Shown here: positions 37,091 through 49,710 of the stretch, one piece after another
How positions within the stretch are numbered: position 1 is the first letter of the stretch
How the letters are laid out: each line of letters starts with the position of its first letter
Source of the DNA: Eukaryota sp. TZLM1-RC
Lineage: Eukaryota > Protista > Metamonada: BaSk clade
Direction of reading: 5' to 3'
Length of the DNA stretch: 64,000 bases
Assembly (NCBI GenBank): GCA_040285825.1
Contig: JAUPSS010000001.1
Location: 3,410,001 to 3,474,000, forward strand
Translations under genes and position numbers: made by a program
Notes under the pieces: generated by a model
Told to the model about the DNA's origin: nothing
Database searches by the model: none
The model's input: the letters and a program-made list of their open reading frames with translations, nothing else

Positions 37091-37310
37091 TAGTAAAACT
37101 ACCATTTAAACCAGAAACAACTAGATCACCTCTAGTCAGACCCATAGAAGCTCTGTTGTAACGCGTACTATCAATATTGGGATCATCAAGAATTCAGCGG
37201 TTCCAAAAAGGAATCTACTCCATATGATTTGCACATTACATAAATTTGGTCCCTGACGTTATTATGCACTTTGCTTCTAAATGTAATGAAATGTTTGCAG
37301 TTCAAAAGAT

Positions 37311-37946
37311 TTTTTTTTGGTAAATTTTTTTTATAAATTGAAATTGATTTTCAACGCTAACAAAACATTAAACAAAAAACTAGAACTCAATATCCTCAAT
37401 ACACGCATCAACATCATCAAATCTTTTAAGCGCGCGATTTTCATACTCCATTCCTAATTGTAACAGTGATTTGGTCAACATTTCTGGAATTGCTTTAAGA
37501 ATACTGAAAACAATTCTATTGTGCCAGAAATTGAAGTTCAATTCTTTTCCTGCTCTTTCTTTTATTAAACTTCTGAAACCTTTATGAAATTTAATGCCAG
37601 ATATTCCAATGTTACCAAAAAGAGAAACAGCAAATGGAACCAACTGATACTTGACATGCTCAACACGTCCTAGCTGAGATAAGGGTTCACTGTACTTTTT
37701 GATTTTGCTCTTTTCAGCAAAGCAAAGTGGAGTTTCATCTCTTTTAGCAAAGTCAATTGCTGAGTCTTTACAAACATCAACAGTGACAACATCAACAACT
37801 TTAATAACACCATCAGACGCAGGGGTAATTAAATCAGCACGGCGTTTCCCAAAAGTATTTTCATCTTCATTTTCAGATGACAACCTTCGCACAAGTGGTT
37901 CAACAAAAGCTTCAATGTGATGACTTTTGCACATTGCGTATAGTTG
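37311..37946 (-). mobile_element. 5'-truncated family F LINE inserted into family B, with 11-bp TSD
   Basis: GTTCAAAAGAT at 37300-37310 and 37947-37957; C-terminus ACIEDIEF. Confidence 0.92.
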
Positions 37947-38051
37947 GTTCAAAAGATGAGTAAACAAAAGAGGTTTACCACATTTACAAGTTAAATTATT
38001 GGGCAAATTGTTTGGCCACAGAAAACAACGAAAACGCATGTTTAGAAGCCA

Positions 38052-39010
38052 TTTTTTTTAATTTAATTTTATTCAAAACCTATAAATCAACATCTAAAAA
38101 ATCCATCTCTCCCAAAACAAAAACACTAGATGCAACTCTCTCATAGTGAGATCCAAGAGAAAGCAAAGCATCAGAAACCATCTTCAACATCCCCTTAAAA
38201 ATAGAAAACACAATTCTATTTTGCCAAAACAATTTGTTGAAATTTCTCCCAGTTCTTCTCTTTACAATCATTTCAAAATCATCCAAAAAACGTAAAGCAG
38301 TTGGTGCAAGTGAACCAAAAAAGGAAAATACAAATGGATACAAATTGTATTTTGCATGCTGTAGACTGGCCAATTTGGACAAAGGTTCATTGTATTTTTT
38401 GAATTTAAAATTTTCAGCATTTGAAAGGGGATTATGAATTTCAGAATTAACAAGCCTTTCATTTGAGGCATTACAAGGATCAACAGACATTACATCCAAT
38501 AAAATGAAGCTTCCATCTAATCCAGGTAATATGACATCACCTCTATTATTCTTATGAAAATCATTTTCAGCATCAAACAGATTTGACAACAGAGGTTCCA
38601 AGAAGGATTCAATTCTATGAGATTTACACATATAATATAACTGGTCTCTTACAGCATCATGAACCTTGCTTCTAAAAGTAATAAAATGTTTACAATTTAA
38701 CAAATGAGTAGTTGTAATTTCTCGAGAACATTTACAAATTAAATTATGAGGTAAATTATCAGGCCAGATAAAGGAACGAAATCTCATATTCAGAGTCCAA
38801 GCAGAATCGGATTAGAGAGTACCATAAACTTGTGGAATTGTTGTTACTAAGGCAGAAGAAGTACTGTCACACATATCTTGTAAAAGATTTGCAAAAGCGG
38901 GATTCTGTTTCTTGGCCAAGCCAAGTCTAACATCAAAATCCAAGCTTTCAAAAATCTTGGACAATTTTTGTTGAAGCTTTTTACAGCAAAACTGTAAATT
39001 ATATAGAGAT
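38052..39010 (-). mobile_element. Family A 3' fragment
   Basis: ORF 38080-38787 ending GEMDFLDVDL; A-rich tail. Confidence 0.92.
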
Positions 39011-42000
39011 TTTTTTCCCAAGATTTATTTTATTTTTTTTCTAAAACTTTTTATTCAACAACAAATATGAAATACACAATTAAAACTCCACATCCTCAAA
39101 ACCTGCCTCTCCTACATCAAAACAATTAATCGCTAAAGATTCAGAAAATTTCCCAAAAGAAGATAGTGAATCAGAAATTAGTGTTACCATTCCCTTAAAA
39201 ATAGAAAATACAATCCTGTTTTGCCAGTAAACACGATTGAAAATTCTTCCAGTTCTTTCCTTTACAACTACAACAAAATCCTCCAGGAAAGCCATAGCAG
39301 CCTTACCTAGAGATCCAAGCAAAGAAAAAACAAATGGACATAAATTATATTGGGCATGAGAATTTTCATTAACCGAGGAAATGGGTTTCGCATATTTAGC
39401 AATTTTATATTTTTCGCCTGCAAGAAGAGGATTATTTACATCCGAGTTAATGAAATGTTCGTTAGAGGAATTACAAGGGTCAATAGACATGGCGTCCAAA
39501 ATAGTAAAACTACCATTTAAACCAGGAACAACTAGATCACCTCTAGTCAGACCCATAGAAGCTCTGTTGTAACGCGTACTATCAATATTGGGATCATCAA
39601 GAATTAATTTTGATAACAGCGGTTCTAAAAAGGAATCTACACGATATGATTTGCACATTACATAAATTTGGTCCCTGACGTTATTATGCACTTTGCTTCT
39701 AAACGTAATGAAATGTTTACAGTTCAAAAGATGAGTAAACAAAGAGGTTTACCACATTTACAAGTTAAATGATTGGGCAAATTGTTTGGCCACAGAAAAC
39801 AACGAAAACGCATGTTTAGAAGCCATTCATTGTCTTTTAACAAAAGTCCATAAACAGAGGGAACTTGAGTTACTAAAGCAGCAGCTGAACTATGACGAAT
39901 ATCCTTTAAAAAATTACCGAAAGCGGGATTTTTAGTTTTGGCCAAGCCAAGTCTTACTTCATAATCCAAGCCTTCATATAATTTAACCAGATGGTGCTGA
40001 AGCTTTTTCAAGCAAAAACGTAAATTTGGAAGTGATCGAGTGGGAATTTCTTGAACATTTTGAGGAAAACACTGAATCCAGATATCACTAGGCAAATTTT
40101 CTAATTCAAATTGCAGTTGATTCAAGTAAAATTTGATTCACCATTGATCAGATGAACATCAAAAGGGAACCTTTGGAAAAATTCAAAAACAAAATTTTTA
40201 CCACCTCCCAAAAATGCTGCTTTACACAGAATCGAAGATTTGGTGAATCCAATTCCACCCAAATCTGCTGAACAAAATACATGACTTCGAATTAAAGATT
40301 CATTTACTTCTAATAAAGAAGAAAAAAATTTGACTCGAAGTTTGTTAAAAGATCTGCAAAAATTGAGAGATACCGAAGGGGAGTTGACCTTAAAATATGA
40401 GTGAATTTTCCAGAATAACAAATTTTTAAAATAAAAAATTTGATGTGTTTCTCAATGTCACATTCAGCAATAAAACTAAGATCCTTGTCAAACTTCTCCA
40501 ATAAATTGTTTAACTGGGAATAAATTTCATCCAAATTGCCAAGCCAACATCCAAGAAACTTAAAAGCTTGATGGTCATAATTGATAAAAGGAATCTGAGC
40601 TCCACCAATCATCAAAGATTGTTTTTCTCTACCAATCAAGAGACATTTAGATGGGTTCAAAGCTAAACCAATTTCTTTGTATTTCGCCGCAATGTCTTCA
40701 GAAACCCTAGAAATGCTTTCAAAAGAACCAATAATAGAAATGTCATCCATATAGGCAACAATACGCAAATCAGGGAAATCTTGTTGTGTCATTTTAATAA
40801 TATTATGAATAGCCAAACAAAACAGCAAAGGGCCTAGAGGATCACCTTGTTTCACACCAGAAGAAGATTCAAGGGTAAAGGAGTCAAAAATTAAGTCTGA
40901 TTTTTTTCCATAAAATAAATAAAAATATGCAGTAAGTTCAGGAAAATCATGAAGAAGGACATCAAAAATACAATTACGTTTCACAGAATTGAAAGCATTT
41001 TTGAAATCCAAATTGAAAATATATTGATGCTGTTGACTATTGAAAAAAACATCTGAAGTCATTGAAGCAACAGAAGCACCTTCAACAGTTTTTATACCAA
41101 ATTGGAAAGGCTTCAAATAGTCCCTTGCTTTAGTAGAAATTCTGTTAAAAATAAGCGAAGAAAGCAATCTGGTTAATGACTCTCCAATAGCAATTGGTCT
41201 AACTCCATCAGGTTTGTCACCTTTACCAGGTTTAACTAAAGCAACTAAACGGGCAGCAGTCAATTCAGGCGGAGGAACATAATTTAAACACATTAAATTT
41301 TGAAAATAGGAAGCAAGATCCTCAACAATTTCAGGAGCATTTTTACAGGCAGTTTTTAACAAATCAAAGGAAATGCCTGAAGGACCAGCAGCTTTTCCTT
41401 TTGGTAATTTAGCAACGGCATTCAATACTTCGTGAGCCTGAAATGGATTTTCGAGCCAATATTGACAAATAGAAGGCTTACTGGGGCAAAAATGTTCAGT
41501 TGGATGGAGGGATTTCAATTTTTCAACAGTTTCGAGATTGGTATCAGCCAGTTTTCCCGAAAAAATATTTTTTAATCCGCTTCCATATCTACCTCTCAAA
41601 AACAATTTTTTTGCTTGAAAAGATGAATTAGCTTTTCTCTGTTTTGGTTTGTAATTAATTTTCTTCTTATTCTTTTTGGCAAAGAATTTCCAAAATCTTG
41701 TTATGTTCCATTTGTTTAATTTCAATTGCGAAGAAAAAGAACGCATTTCCATTGACAAAGGAACAGAACTGGCAGGACTCACCTCTACAGGAATTTGAAC
41801 AGGTGTACGAAGAGAATCACTTGTTTGACAGTCAAAACAAAACAATAGAGGGCGACCATTAGAAGAATTAGAGAGGAACTTTTTGCAAAAAGGACAACTA
41901 TGTTTCAAGACATTATCCGTAGGATCAGGAGCAACAGTTTTTGGTAAATGAGTTTGATCAATATTTAAATCATAATTAACATCATCAGCAGAAACATTGG

Positions 42001-42440
42001 GAACAGGAGGAAGATTTAGTTCGGATGGCGTTTGCAAACTATTAACAATAGAAATATTGGTTTTCAGTCTCATTTTTTCGGTAATAATATCAGGACATTT
42101 TCTAATGTTATGACCAACCTTGCCACATTTGGAACAGGTATGTCTTCTTTTTTGCACTTTTTCAGGCGTAATATCAGGGGCATCACACAAAGGCAAAAAG
42201 TCTTTTTTAAAAATTTTCAAATTTTTTTGAGAAGAATTTCGAGCATAGCTTGAAGGGTGGGGAGAGTGGAGAAGTGAAGGGGATGAGTTTGATCTGATGG
42301 GTAGAATCTTTGCTTGGGCATTCCAATCAGTATCAGAGTCACTGTCAGTCACTGGCATCGTTTTGGCAAAGACACAGTACGACTTTGACGCCGTGACAGA
42401 AAGTGAAATATGAGAGGGTTGACTAAGGGAGGGAGAAAAA
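39011..42440 (-). mobile_element. Full-length family B CRE-type LINE (~3.4 kb, single ORF of ~1090 aa when frameshifts are corrected)
   Basis: ATG at 42358 after an ~80-nt 5' UTR, whose 5' end matches 56449. Contains a CSKCGKVGHNIRKC knuckle, CPFC..CFDC, RT and RLE; stop at 39080 (AGFEDVEF). The frameshifts fall in homopolymer runs. Confidence 0.93.
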
Positions 42441-45400
42441 AATATTTATTTTATTTAAATTTAATTTTAATCTAAACCTATAAATCAACATCTAAAAAAT
42501 CCATCTCTCCCAAAACAAAAACACTAGATGCAACTCTCTCATAGTGAGATCCAAGAGAAAGCAAAGCATAAGAAACCATCTTCAACATCCCCTTAAAAAT
42601 AGAAAACACAATTCTATTTTGCCAAAACAATTTGTTGAAATTTCTCCCAGTTCTTCTCTTTACAATCATTTCAAAATCATCCAAAAAACGTAAAGCAGTT
42701 GGTGCAAGTGAACCAAAAAAGGAAAATACAAATGGATACAAATTGTATTTTGCATGCTGTAGACTGGCCAATTTGGACAAAGGTTCATTGTATTTTTTGA
42801 ATTTAAAATTTTCAGCATTTGAAAGGGGATTATGAATTTCAGAATTAACAAGCCTTTCATTTGAGGCATTACAAGGATCAACAGACATTACATCCAATAA
42901 AATGAAGCTTCCATCTAATCCAGGTAATATGACATCACCTCTATTATTCTTATGAAAATCATTTTCAGCATCAAACAGATTTGACAACAGAGGTTCCAAG
43001 AAGGATTCAATTCTATGAGATTTACCCATATAATATAACTGGTCTCTTACAGCATCATGAACCTTGCTTCTAAAAGTAATAAAATGTTTACAATTTAACA
43101 AATGAGTAGTTGTAATTTCTCGAGAACATTTACAAATTAAATTATGAGGTAAATTATCAGGCCAGATAAAGGAACGAAATCTCATATTCAGAGTCCAAGC
43201 AGAATCGGATTAGAGAGTACCATAAACTTGTGGAATTGTTGTTACTAAGGCAGAAGAAGTACTGTCACACATATCTTGTAAAAGATTTGCAAAAGCGGGA
43301 TTCTGTTTCTTGGCCAAGCCAAGTCTAACATCAAAATCCAAGCTTTCAAAAATCTTTGACAATTTTTGTTGAAGCTTTTTACAGCAAAACTGTAAATTAT
43401 ATAGAGATTTTTTTTTCCAAGATTTATTTTATTTTTTTTTCTAAAACTTTTTATTCAACAACAAATATGAAATACACAATTAAAACTCCACATCCTCAAA
43501 ACCTGCCTCCCCTACATCAAAACAATTAATCGCTAAAGATTCAGAAAATTTCCCAAAAGAAGATAGTGAATCAGAAATTAGTGTTACCATTCCCTTAAAA
43601 ATAGAAAATACAATCCTGTTTTGCCAGTAAACACGATTGAAAATTCTTCCAGTTCTTTCCTTTACAACTACAACAAAATCCTCAAGGAAAGCCATAGCAG
43701 CCTTACCTAGAGATCCAAGCAAAGAAAAAAACAAATGGACATAAATTATATTGGGCATGAGAATTTTCATTAACCGAGGAAATGGGTTTCGCATATTTAG
43801 CAATTTTATATTTTTCGCCTGCAAGAAGAGGATTATTTACATCCGAGTTAATGAAATGTTCGTTAGAGGAATTACAAGGGTCAATAGACATGGCGTCCAA
43901 AATAGTAAAACTACCATTTAAACCAGGAACAACTAGATCACCTCTAGTCAGACCCATAGAAGCTCTGTTGTAACGCGTACTATCAATATTGGGATCATCA
44001 AGAATTAATTTTGATAACAGCGGTTCTAAAAAGGAATCTACACGATATGATTTGCACATTACATAAATTTGGTCCCTGACGTTATTATGCACTTTGCTTC
44101 TAAACGTAATGAAATGTTTACAGTTCAAAAGATGAGTAAACAAAGAGGTTTACCACATTTACAAGTTAAATGATTGGGCAAATTGTTTGGCCACAGAAAA
44201 CAACGAAAACGCATGTTTAGAAGCCATTCATTGTCTTTTAACAAAAGTCCATAAACAGAGGGAACTTGAGTTACTAAAGCAGCAGCTGAACTATGACGAA
44301 TATCCTTTAAAAAATTACCGAAAGCGGGATTTTTAGTTTTGGCCAAGCCAAGTCTTACTTCATAATCCAAGCCTTCATATAATTTAACCTGATGGTGCTG
44401 AAGCTTTTTCAAGCAAAAACGTAAATTTGGAAGTGATCGAGTGGGAATTTCTTGAACATTTTGAGGAAAACACTGAATCCAGATATCACTAGGCAAATTT
44501 TCTAATTCAAATTGCAGTTGATTCAAGTAAAAATTTGATTCACCATTGATCAGATGAACATCAAAAGGGAACCTTTGGAAAAATTCAAAAACAAAATTTT
44601 TACCACCTCCCAAAAATGCTGCTTTACACAGAATCGAAGATTTGGTGAATCCAATTCCACCCAAATCTGCTGAACAAAATACATGACTTCGAATTAAAGA
44701 TTCATTTACTTCTAATAAAGAAGAAAAAAAATTTGACTCGAAGTTTGTTAAAAGATCTGCAAAAATTGAGAGATACCGAAGGGGGAGTTGACCTTAAAAT
44801 ATGAGTGAATTTTCCAGAATAACAAATTTTTAAAATAAAAAATTTGATGTGTTTCTCAATGTCACATTCAGCAATAAAACTAAGATCCTTGTCAAACTTC
44901 TCCAATAAATTGTTTAACTGGGAATAAATTTCATCCAAATTGCCAAGCCAACATCCAAGAAACTTAAAAAGCTTGATGGTCATAATTGATAAAAGGAATC
45001 TGAGCTCCACCAATCATCAAAGATTGTTTTTCTCTACCAATCAAGAGACATTTAGATGGGTTCAAAGCTAAACCAATTTCTTTGTATTTCGCCGCAATGT
45101 CTTCAGAAACCCTAGAAATGCTTTCAAAAGAACCAATAATAGAAATGTCATCCATATAGGCAACAATACGCAAATCAGGGAAATCTTGTTGTGTCATTTT
45201 AATAATATTATGAATAGCCAAACAAAACAGCAAAGGGCCTAGAGGATCACCTTGTTTCACACCAGAAGAAGATTCAAGGGTAAAGGAGTCAAAAATTAAG
45301 TCTGATTTTTTTCCATAAAATAAATAAAAATATGCAGTAAGTTCAGGAAAATCATGAAGAAGGACATCAAAAATACAATTACGTTTCACAGAATTGAAAG

Positions 45401-46055
45401 CATTTTTGAAATCCAAATTGAAAATATATTGATGCTGTTGACTATTGAAAAAACATCTGAAGTCATTGAAGCAACAGAAGCACCTTCAACAGTTTTTATA
45501 CCAAATTGGAAAGGCTTCAAATAGTCCCTTGCTTTAGTAGAAATTCTGTTAAAAATAAGCGAAGAAAGCAATCTGGTTAATGACTCTCCAATAGCAATTG
45601 GTCTAACTCCATCAGGTTTGTCACCTTTACCAGGTTTAACTAAAGCAACTAAACGGGCAGCAGTCAATTCAGGCGGAGGAACATAATTTAAACACATTAA
45701 ATTTTGAAAATAGGAAGCAAGATCCTCAACAATTTCAGGAGCATTTTTACAGGCAGTCTTTAACAAATCAAAGGAAATGCCTGAAGGACCAGCAGCTTTT
45801 CCTTTTGGTAATTTAGCAACGGCATTCAATACTTCGTGAGCCTGAAATGGATTTTCGAGCCAATATTGACAAATAGAAGGCTTACTGGGGCAAAAATGTT
45901 CAGTTGGATGGAGGGATTTCAATTTTTCAACAGTTTCGAGATTGGTATCAGCCAGTTTTCCCGAAAAAATATTTTTTAATCCGCTTCCATATCTACCTCT
46001 CAAAAACAATTTTTTTGCTTGAAAAGATGAATTAGCTTTTCTCTGTTTTGGTTTG
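42441..46055 (-). mobile_element. Second copy of the composite [family B + family A 3'] unit, 5'-truncated
   Basis: 42478-43408 is A; 43409-46055 is B; same B/A junction as at ~39010. Confidence 0.9.
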
Positions 46056-46141
46056 TATTGACCCCTACATCAAGCCATCCCAAGTGAACGAATGTTCTTT
46101 AAACAACGTCCTCAATGCTAACTCAATGGGGGGAACATCAT
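46056..46141 (-). other. 86-bp inverted copy of the MINDY4 3' end
   Basis: Reverse complement of 25648-25733. Confidence 0.95.
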
Positions 46142-48174
46142 CAGATTTTTCAATGAATTAAGAACACAATTGTTGGCTAATTTGCTTGACATTGATTCTT
46201 CTTTTTTACGTAGTCATATTTTTTTAAAAAAAACTGGAATATTTATTGAGATAAAAATGACCACCTAGAATTCAATATCCTCCAAACAAGCGTCACTATT
46301 ACTGAACCTACTCACAGCATTACGTTCATATTCTACACCAATAGCTAAAAGTGCCTTTGAAATCATTGTTGGAATAGACTTGAAAATGCAAAAAACCATA
46401 CCATTAAATACCATTAAGTAGAAGGCCATAAATGTTGGGAATTTGGGAGATTCATCATTGTACCAGAAAAAAAACACAAAAACCACCATTACGTTCCTTA
46501 CGTTCTGTTGCGCGTTCTATAAACAACTCCGTTTCTCGAAATTTGTTTTCTCCAGCTGAAACTCGAAAAAGTCAAAAGTCTATTTCTACTTGTCACTCAC
46601 AAATTGACAAAATAGAAATAACAGAAAAAATAAAACCTTTACCATTAAAAGGTTCTAAAAAATGTTCGATTTGTGGTATCAGTGGTCATAATTCGAGAAC
46701 GTGCCCTGAAAAACAAAAAAGAGAAATCGAATTAAAATCTGCTCAACAAATTCTCGAATGTTCTGTTCCAGCTGATGCTGTTGAGAAAGGTGCTGAAAAT
46801 AATGTTTCTGACGATCAACATTTAAATGCTTCTAGTGCTCATTCTTCTTCCCCTGCTGAAAACAGTAATTTTTGTTGTCCATTTTGCAAAATAGATGTTG
46901 TAGATTCAAAAAAATTTGAAAATTTTTAAAAAAGATTTTTTGCCTTTGTGTGATGCCCCTGATATTACGCCTGAAAAAGTGCAAAAAAGAAGACATACCT
47001 GTTCCAAATGTGGCAAGGTTGGTCATAACATTAGAAAATGTCCTGATGTTATTACCGAAAAAATGAGACTGAAAACCATTATTTCTATTGTTAATAGTGT
47101 GCAAACACCATCCGAACTGATTCCTCCTGTTCCCAATGTTTCTGCTGATGATGTTAATTATGATTTAAATATTGATCAAACTCATTTACCAAAAACTGTT
47201 GCTCCTGATCCTACGGATAATGTCTTGAAACTTAATTGTCCTTTTTGCAAAAAGTTCCTCTCTAATTCTTCTAATGGTCGCCCTCTCTTGTTTTGTTTTG
47301 ACTGTCAAACAAGTGATTCTCTTCGTGCACCTGTTCAAATTCCTGTAGAGGTGAGTCCTGCCAGTTCTGTTCCTATGTCAATGGAAATGCGTTCTTTTTC
47401 TTCGCAATTGGAATTGAACAAATGGAACATAACAAGATTTTGGAAATTCTTTGCCAAAAAGAATAAGAAAAAAAGTAATGACAAACCAAAACAGAGAAAA
47501 GCTAATTCATCTTTTCAAGCAAGAAAATTGTTTTTGAGAGGTAGATATGGAAGCGGATTAAAAAATATTTTTTCGGGAAAACTGACTGATAACAATCTTG
47601 AAACTGTTGAAAAATTAAAATCCCTCCATCCAACTGAAAATTTTTGCCCCAGTAAGCCTTCTGTTTGTCAATATTGGCTCGAAAATCCATTTCAGGCTCA
47701 AGAAGTATTGAATGCCGTTGCTAAATTACCAAAAGGAAAAGCTGCTGGTCCTTCAGGCATTTCCTTTGATTTGTTGAAAACTGCCTGTAAAAATGCTCCT
47801 GAAATTTGTGAGGATCTTGCTTCCTATTTTCAAAATTTAATGTGTTTGAATTATGTTCCTCCGCATGAATTGACTGCTGCCCGTTTAGTTGCTTTAGTTA
47901 AACCTGGTAAAGGTGACAAACCTGATGGAGTTAGACCAATTGCTATTGGAGAGTCATTAACCAGATTGCTTTCTTCACTTATTTTTAACAGAATTTCTAC
48001 TAAAGCAAGGGACTATTTGAAGCCTTTCCAATTTGGTACAAAAACTGTTGAAGGTGCTTCTGTTGCTTCAATGACTTCAGATGTTTTTTTCAATAGTCAA
48101 CAACAACAATATATTTTCAATTTGGATTTCAAAAATGCTTTCAATTCTGTGAAACGTAATTGTATTTTTGATGT
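46142..48174 (+). repeat. Direct duplicate of ~27207-29446 (lacking the 204-bp internal repeat)
   Basis: Same sequence of junctions (RT fragment / E 3' end / A-like 5' / B). Confidence 0.9.
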
Positions 48175-49086
48175 ATTATTTTTGAATAATATTTGCAGCT
48201 CGGCTGTTTTAAATCAAGATCTTCACTCATTGTTATTGGAAAAGGGTGTTTGTGAAAACAAGGTGTCAGATTCTTCACTTTTTGTAACCATTGTACCACG
48301 AAGATTTGGATTGTGTGCTACTAATGAAGCATTTGTAACAAAAATGAGATTATATTTGAACATCCCCATTAACCAATTATTATCAAAAGAAAAATGTATT
48401 TGTTCGAATTCACCTCAACTCACTTTGCGCCATGCTCTGAATTGCTCTAAATTGATAACTTGTCGTTCTTCATTACATGATGCTGTTAGAGACACTGTTT
48501 TCAATATGGCACAAACTGCAAGGATATCGTGTATCAAAGAGCCCCTGCTGAAAGAAACACTTTCTCTGAATAATTTTGGTTCTGATGATAGAGGTGATGT
48601 ATACTGTGATTGGATTGATAATTCTGAAGCTATTGTTGACTTTGTCTCATGTAATGTTGCAAACGATACTTTGGTTCACAGAAGAAAACTTAATCCTGTG
48701 GCTGCTCTGGATTTTAAAGCAAAAGAAAAACATAGAAAATATGATAAAGAAATTGAAGATGCAAATATCGATAGAAATACACAGCTGGTTTTTATTGCTT
48801 TTCCATTTTCGATAAATGGAAGATTATCAGTTGAAGCAGAAACTTTTTTGGATGACTTCCAAAAAATGGTGAAAGAAAAAACAATGAAAAGATTTGATAT
48901 TTTTTTATGGCGTTCACGGATTCAATTTGCCATTATTAATAGATTACCGCGGTTTTTCAATCGAATTAGAGAAGCTTTAGCTAGACAGCAAGCAAATCAA
49001 GATTTTGTAGAGGAAATCTTGGTTTAATGATAGTCGTCCCATTAGTTATGATTTAATTTAATCAAGTGTGCAAATTCAATAAATTA
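48175..49086 (+). mobile_element. 5'-truncated family D LINE inserted in frame into family B, with 11-bp TSD
   Basis: ATTTTTGATGT at 48164-48174 and 49087-49097; C-terminus DFVEEILV. Confidence 0.9.
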
Positions 49087-49710
49087 ATTTTTGATGTTAT
49101 TCTTCATGATTTTCCTGAACTTTCTGCATATTTTTATTTATTTTATGGAAAAAAATCAGACTTAATTTTTGACTCCTTTACCCTTGAATCTTCTTCTGGT
49201 GTGAAACAAGGTGATCCTCTTGGCCCTTTGCTGTTTTGTTTGGCTATTCATAATATTATTAAAATGACACAACAAGATTTCCCTGATTTGCGTATTGTTG
49301 CCTATATGGATGACATTTCTATTATTGGTTCTTTTGAAAGCATTTCCAGGGTTTCTGAAGACATTGCGGCGAAATACAAAGAAATTGGTTTAGCTTTGAA
49401 CCCATCTAAATGTCTCTTGATTGGTAGAGAAAATCAATCTTTGATGATTGGTGGAGCTCAGATTCCTTTTATCAATTATGACCAACAAGCTTTTAAGTTT
49501 CTTGGATGTTGGCTTGGCAATTTGGATGAAATTTATTCCCAGTTAAACAATTTATTGGAGAAGTTTGACAAGGATCTTAGTTTTATTGCTGAATGTGACA
49601 TTGAGAAACACATCAAATTTTTTATTTTAAAAATTTGTTATTCCGGAAAATTCACTCATATTTTAAGGTCAACTCCCCATCCGTATCTCTCAATTTTTGC
49701 AGATCTTTTA

